From the sequence record SRR16203515_740: a stretch of 41,564 bases of DNA. One strand, written 5' to 3'. This document shows, in pieces, positions 37,985 to 41,564 of this stretch. Each line of letters starts with the position of its first letter. The stretch's first letter is position 1. Below the pieces are notes generated by a model. That model worked only from the letters and a program-made list of their open reading frames with translations, was not told the origin of the DNA and searched no databases. Position numbers and translations under genes: made by a program.

Positions 37985-38932
37985 TTAGACCCCGACCACG
38001 CGTTGCCACTGATCGTGGGCTGGGATACCCATACGCAAGAAATGCTGGGAATAGGGGAATACACGGGTCAAAATGCGGTTTTGGGCAAATCGGTCATACC
38101 ATTCCCCTGCGTGATCAACATGATAGAGGCGAAACAAAGTCGTGCCGCCAATAGATTTGGCACCTTTATTCCACATGATATCGTCGAGTTTTTGTGCATC
38201 CTCTGAAAGTCGTTGTCGTGTATCAATAGCCCATTGCGCGTCGTGCAAAGCGCGTGTTCCCGTGTGCAGGGCAGGGCCGCTTACCGCCCATGGACCAATC
38301 CGATCACGTAGGGCTGGGGTAAGGGATTTGGGGACGATAACTGCCCCCAACCGCATGCCTGCAAGGCCCCAGAATTTACCAAAGCTTTTGATGATAAGAT
38401 GGCCATTATCAATGGCATGTGACATCATGCTGTGTTCTGGGCACCCATCACAAAAGCTTTCGTCAATGACGCATGTTTGGGCGGTTAAATCTGCGGCGGA
38501 ATATAGGTGTCCATCAGGATTGTTTGGGTGAACAATTGTTTTGACATCACCCTTGTCTGCCATTTCCCAACCATGTGCCAAATACGCCGCGCGGTGTTCA
38601 TTATATGTTGGTTCAGGTATGTTCGCGGTTGCCCCCTTCAATACAGATGGCAGCATTGCGATAATTGCAGATGCACCAGAGGCGGGAATGATCTCTGCAT
38701 TGTCTGGGACCTGCCAAAATTTGCGCGCGGCAGCATCAAAGGCGTCAAATGCAGCGCGGTCTGGCAATTGTGTCCAATGAAAACTGTGAAAACTGGGTAA
38801 TGGATAGGGGATAGGATTGATGCCAGTGGACAAGTCGATCCAATCATTCCGCATCCCACCATACTGGGCGATTGCGGCATCAATACCGCCGCCGTGATCA
38901 TGCGTATCAGCTTTTTTGTAATCTTGCGTCAT
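37985..38932 (-). CDS. cobC: L-threonine-O-3-phosphate decarboxylase (CobC in aerobic-pathway naming)
   Basis: HGGG, WIDLSTGINP, PNNPDG, DESF, and the PLP lysine in SFGKFWGLAG. Directly upstream of cbiB. Confidence 0.92.
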   Translation of the reverse strand: MTQDYKKADTHDHGGGIDAAIAQYGGMRNDWIDLSTGINPIPYPLPSFHSFHWTQLPDRAAFDAFDAAARKFWQVPDNAEIIPASGASAIIAMLPSVLKGATANIPEPTYNEHRAAYLAHGWEMADKGDVKTIVHPNNPDGHLYSAADLTAQTCVIDESFCDGCPEHSMMSHAIDNGHLIIKSFGKFWGLAGMRLGAVIVPKSLTPALRDRIGPWAVSGPALHTGTRALHDAQWAIDTRQRLSEDAQKLDDIMWNKGAKSIGGTTLFRLYHVDHAGEWYDRFAQNRILTRVFPYSQHFLRMGIPAHDQWQRVVGV

Positions 38933-38956
38933 GCAGGCGATTTTTCCCCATCGAAC

Positions 38957-38972
38957 TTAACCAACCGTTAAC
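38957..38972. promoter_or_regulatory. CtrA binding site
   Basis: TTAA-CCAACCG-TTAAC is the full TTAA-N7-TTAAC consensus, about 70 nt upstream of the single-domain response regulator. Confidence 0.8.
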
Positions 38973-39043
38973 CTTTCATTAGCAAATAGGGAAGATACCA
39001 AAATATAATCTGACGTCGTGTGTAGGAATTGGGTTGGGTAAAA

Positions 39044-39423
39044 ATGAATGTTTTAATTGTGGAAAGCAAGCGCCACCTTGCGGAACTTTGGCGTCGTGCG
39101 CTGGAACGACTTGGAGCCCATGTTGATATCGCAAGTTCACAAGACCAAGCGGCCGATATGGCCGCGGCCGAAACATACCATATCGTTGTTTTGGACTTAA
39201 TCCTGGATGAGGGAAGCGCGTTTGCGGTTGCCGACTTTATGAATTATCGGCAACCAGATGCTCAGGTGATTTTGTGACAAACACCAGCTTCTTCTCTGAC
39301 GGATCAATCTTTCAATTGTTTTCCAATGCGTGCGCCTATGTTCAAAGCGAAACCGCACCCGACGATTTGGCCGCGATTCTCGAACATTACGCGGCCAACC
39401 GTCACACTGACTCGCGCCCATGA
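39044..39423 (+). pseudogene. osp: Single-domain response regulator (Osp-like) split by a 1-nt deletion frameshift
   Basis: MNVLIVES...VVLDLILDEGSAFAVADF...QVI, then in the -1 frame FVTNTSFFSDGSIFQLFSNACAYVQSETAPDDLAAILEHYA...TGA 39423. T4 run at 39270-39273 where T5 restores a 126-aa protein. The osp name comes from recalled similarity. Confidence 0.75.
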
Positions 39424-40382
39424 GGGGCATGATAATCTAGCACTGGATTGATCGGCAGAATACGATTTGGATTAATCGTGTCATGTGAATAATGATAATG
39501 ACGCACGATGTGATCCATATTCACTGTGTCTGCGACCCCCGGCCATTGATACATTTCACGGACGTATGCCCAAAGGTTTGGGTAATCAATGATGCGTTTG
39601 CGATTGCATTTGAAATGTAGGTGATAGACGGGATCAAATCGGATAAGGGTTGTGAACAAACGCCAATCCGCCTCGGTGAGTGTTTGACCCAAAAGATATC
39701 TGTTTGTTGTCAGGTGATCTTCTAACCATTCAAGCGCATTAAATAAGGGTTGGATCGCGGCATCGTAAGCCGACTGAGATGTGGCAAAACCACATTTGTA
39801 GACACCGTTATTCACATCCGAATAAATACGGGAATTTAAGTCTTCGATATTGTCCCGAAGGTCTTTGGGCCAATAATCGTCGTGATTTCCTGTGATTTCG
39901 TTGAACGCAGAATTGAACATGCGAATTATTTCGGACGATTCATTCGAAACGATGGTGTTGGTTTTCGTATCCCACAACACAGGAACGGTCACGCGGGTTG
40001 TGACGTCGGATTGCGCAACCAGATAGACATCGCGCAAGAATTGCTTGCCGTGTAAATGGTCAATCGTGGCTAAGGGATAGCTGTCGTCGAAAACCCAACC
40101 ATCGTCCAACATGTCTGGATGCACCGCTGATACAGAAATATGATCCTCTAATCCTTTTAGCGCGCGGAATATCAACGTGCGATGCGCCCAAGGGCAGGCA
40201 TATGAAACGTATAGATGGTAGCGGCCCGATTCGGCTGGGAACCCGCTTTTGCCCGATGGTCCGGCGCTTCCATCAGCCGTGATCCAGTTCCTGAATTGGG
40301 CTTCGGTGCGGACAAATTTGCCACCTGTTGCTTTTGTGTCATACCATTGTTCGGCCCATTCACCGTTGATTAACAGTCCCAT
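39402..40382 (-). CDS. Glutathione S-transferase, Xi class / glutathionyl-hydroquinone reductase (YqjG-like)
   Basis: GRYHLYVSYACPWAHR, TVPVLWD, SNESSEI, NNGVYKCGFA, RFDPVY, HYHYSH. Confidence 0.94.
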   Translation of the reverse strand: MGLLINGEWAEQWYDTKATGGKFVRTEAQFRNWITADGSAGPSGKSGFPAESGRYHLYVSYACPWAHRTLIFRALKGLEDHISVSAVHPDMLDDGWVFDDSYPLATIDHLHGKQFLRDVYLVAQSDVTTRVTVPVLWDTKTNTIVSNESSEIIRMFNSAFNEITGNHDDYWPKDLRDNIEDLNSRIYSDVNNGVYKCGFATSQSAYDAAIQPLFNALEWLEDHLTTNRYLLGQTLTEADWRLFTTLIRFDPVYHLHFKCNRKRIIDYPNLWAYVREMYQWPGVADTVNMDHIVRHYHYSHDTINPNRILPINPVLDYHAPHGRESV

Positions 40383-40577
40383 TCTTATGATCCTTACCTG
40401 AAGACATTGAATTAAAGGTTGAAATAGAATGCCTTAGGCCTTTGGACAACGCGCAGGCTCTCTGCATTCATGCACACTTCGTCCCGAATTGATATTTCGG
40501 AGGGGAAAACTACCCTTTTGGGTGCTTGAGGAATCAATCGAACAGCATACCCTTCTTAGACGAAGGAAGTTGCTGTT

Positions 40578-40928
40578 ATGTCTACTTATTTACCTGAAGA
40601 TATCCTCGCGGGCTTAGCGGAAGCGAAGACCGCCACCCTGCGCAAAAAGTCACGTATGTGGGTCGAATTTGACGGAAATATGTACCCTGTGTTGCGCATG
40701 TGGGAACGTGGGTTTGCAATGGATGCAAATGCGGCACCCGCGCTGCGTGGGTTCGTCGACGTCTTTGAGGGTGGCGAGCATAAGTCCCAATGTTTGATCA
40801 TCGCGTCAAACGAGGAAAATGGTGAATTGCGGTTTGAGTTTAAACGCTATTCATCTGCCCAAGAGCGCCCGGCACTGGACTATGCCAAACGCCATGATGC
40901 CCCAATCGCATTGATTGAAAATCACTGA
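40578..40928 (+). CDS. Conserved-looking hypothetical protein
   Basis: 116-aa ORF with AAGGA SD, filling the gap between the GST and PatB genes. No function recognised. Confidence 0.75.
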   Translation: MSTYLPEDILAGLAEAKTATLRKKSRMWVEFDGNMYPVLRMWERGFAMDANAAPALRGFVDVFEGGEHKSQCLIIASNEENGELRFEFKRYSSAQERPALDYAKRHDAPIALIENH

Positions 40929-41564
40929 AGGTCGCTAAATGCGTCCTTTAAACGTGCTGCGGCTTCTTCAACATAGCTGCGTGGTGTGGCGATATTGAAA
41001 CGCAAGAATGTTTCACCCCCAGTGCCGAATGTTGGCCCATGGTTCGTGGCAATGCGTGCCTGTTTAAACACGCGTTCATTCACCTCAGTTTGCTGCATTC
41101 CCATCCCCGCAAAATCGACCCAGGCCAGATAGGTTGCCTCTAGGTTCATTGACGCCGCACCTGGTATCGCATTGAGGGCATCATCAAAAATTTTGCGATT
41201 GCCATCCAAATATAGCATCAGTTCATCCACCCACTGCGCACCCTCTGTTGAATAGGCCGCCTCTGCCATGTGTAGGCCAAAGCTATTCGGACTAATCCCA
41301 AGCCCGCCCATGCGTTTTGCAAAACGCGCACGCAGATCTGGATCCTCGATAATCACATTACCAGAGTGGCTTCCTGCTATATTGAACGTCTTGGTCGTAG
41401 CGGTCATCATGACCAATCGGTCAGTGATTGTGGGATCGACCAATGGCATTGCGATATGTGAATGGCCCGGATACACCAAGTCATGGTGAATTTCGTCTGA
41501 CACAATGATCAGGTCGTGACGTTTCGCGAAATCGGCAACGCCTTGTAATTCGTCTTTGCTCCAA
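40922..41564 (-). CDS. MalY/PatB family PLP enzyme (cystathionine beta-lyase), partial (N-terminus outside window)
   Basis: WSKDELQ...IVSDEIHHDL, TKTFNIAG, EATYLAWVDF, FLRFNIATPR. Frame open to the window edge. Confidence 0.92.
   Translation of the reverse strand, partial: WSKDELQGVADFAKRHDLIIVSDEIHHDLVYPGHSHIAMPLVDPTITDRLVMMTATTKTFNIAGSHSGNVIIEDPDLRARFAKRMGGLGISPNSFGLHMAEAAYSTEGAQWVDELMLYLDGNRKIFDDALNAIPGAASMNLEATYLAWVDFAGMGMQQTEVNERVFKQARIATNHGPTFGTGGETFLRFNIATPRSYVEEAAARLKDAFSDLQ

Noticed and set aside
1..41564. Mobile elements, prophage, defence or toxin-antitoxin systems, tRNA/rRNA
   Set aside because: No transposase, integrase, phage, nuclease or RT motifs, no cloverleaf or rRNA-like sequence, and no obvious compositional island seen by eye.

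Overview
Core-chromosome window of an alphaproteobacterium, most likely Rhodobacteraceae/Roseobacter group (inferred from gene content: hisS-hisZ-short hisG, class II nrdJ, CryB-type photolyase, DUF1489/DUF1523, cobC-cobD, smc, CtrA box). It has about 40 tightly packed housekeeping and metabolic genes. I found no rRNA, tRNA, CRISPR, IS, prophage or defence system, and no multi-gene novel system that I can support. The main signals lie outside the ORF track: (1) a structured, terminator-ended ~145-nt sRNA or leader candidate at 3308-3452; (2) a 26-codon Leu-rich leader peptide with a crossing-helix attenuator ahead of leuA; (3) an Osp-like CckA/CtrA-inhibitor response regulator with a perfect CtrA box, broken by a 1-nt deletion in a T-run; (4) a SAM methyltransferase with one in-frame TAG; (5) an NrdR-type box fused to a perfect DnaA box in the smc promoter; (6) an ArsR/ArsP-like module, a putative betaine-demethylation cluster, an RpoHII-type promoter for the photolyase operon and an 11-bp tandem repeat. 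Product calls rest on recognised protein motifs only; no database searches were run.
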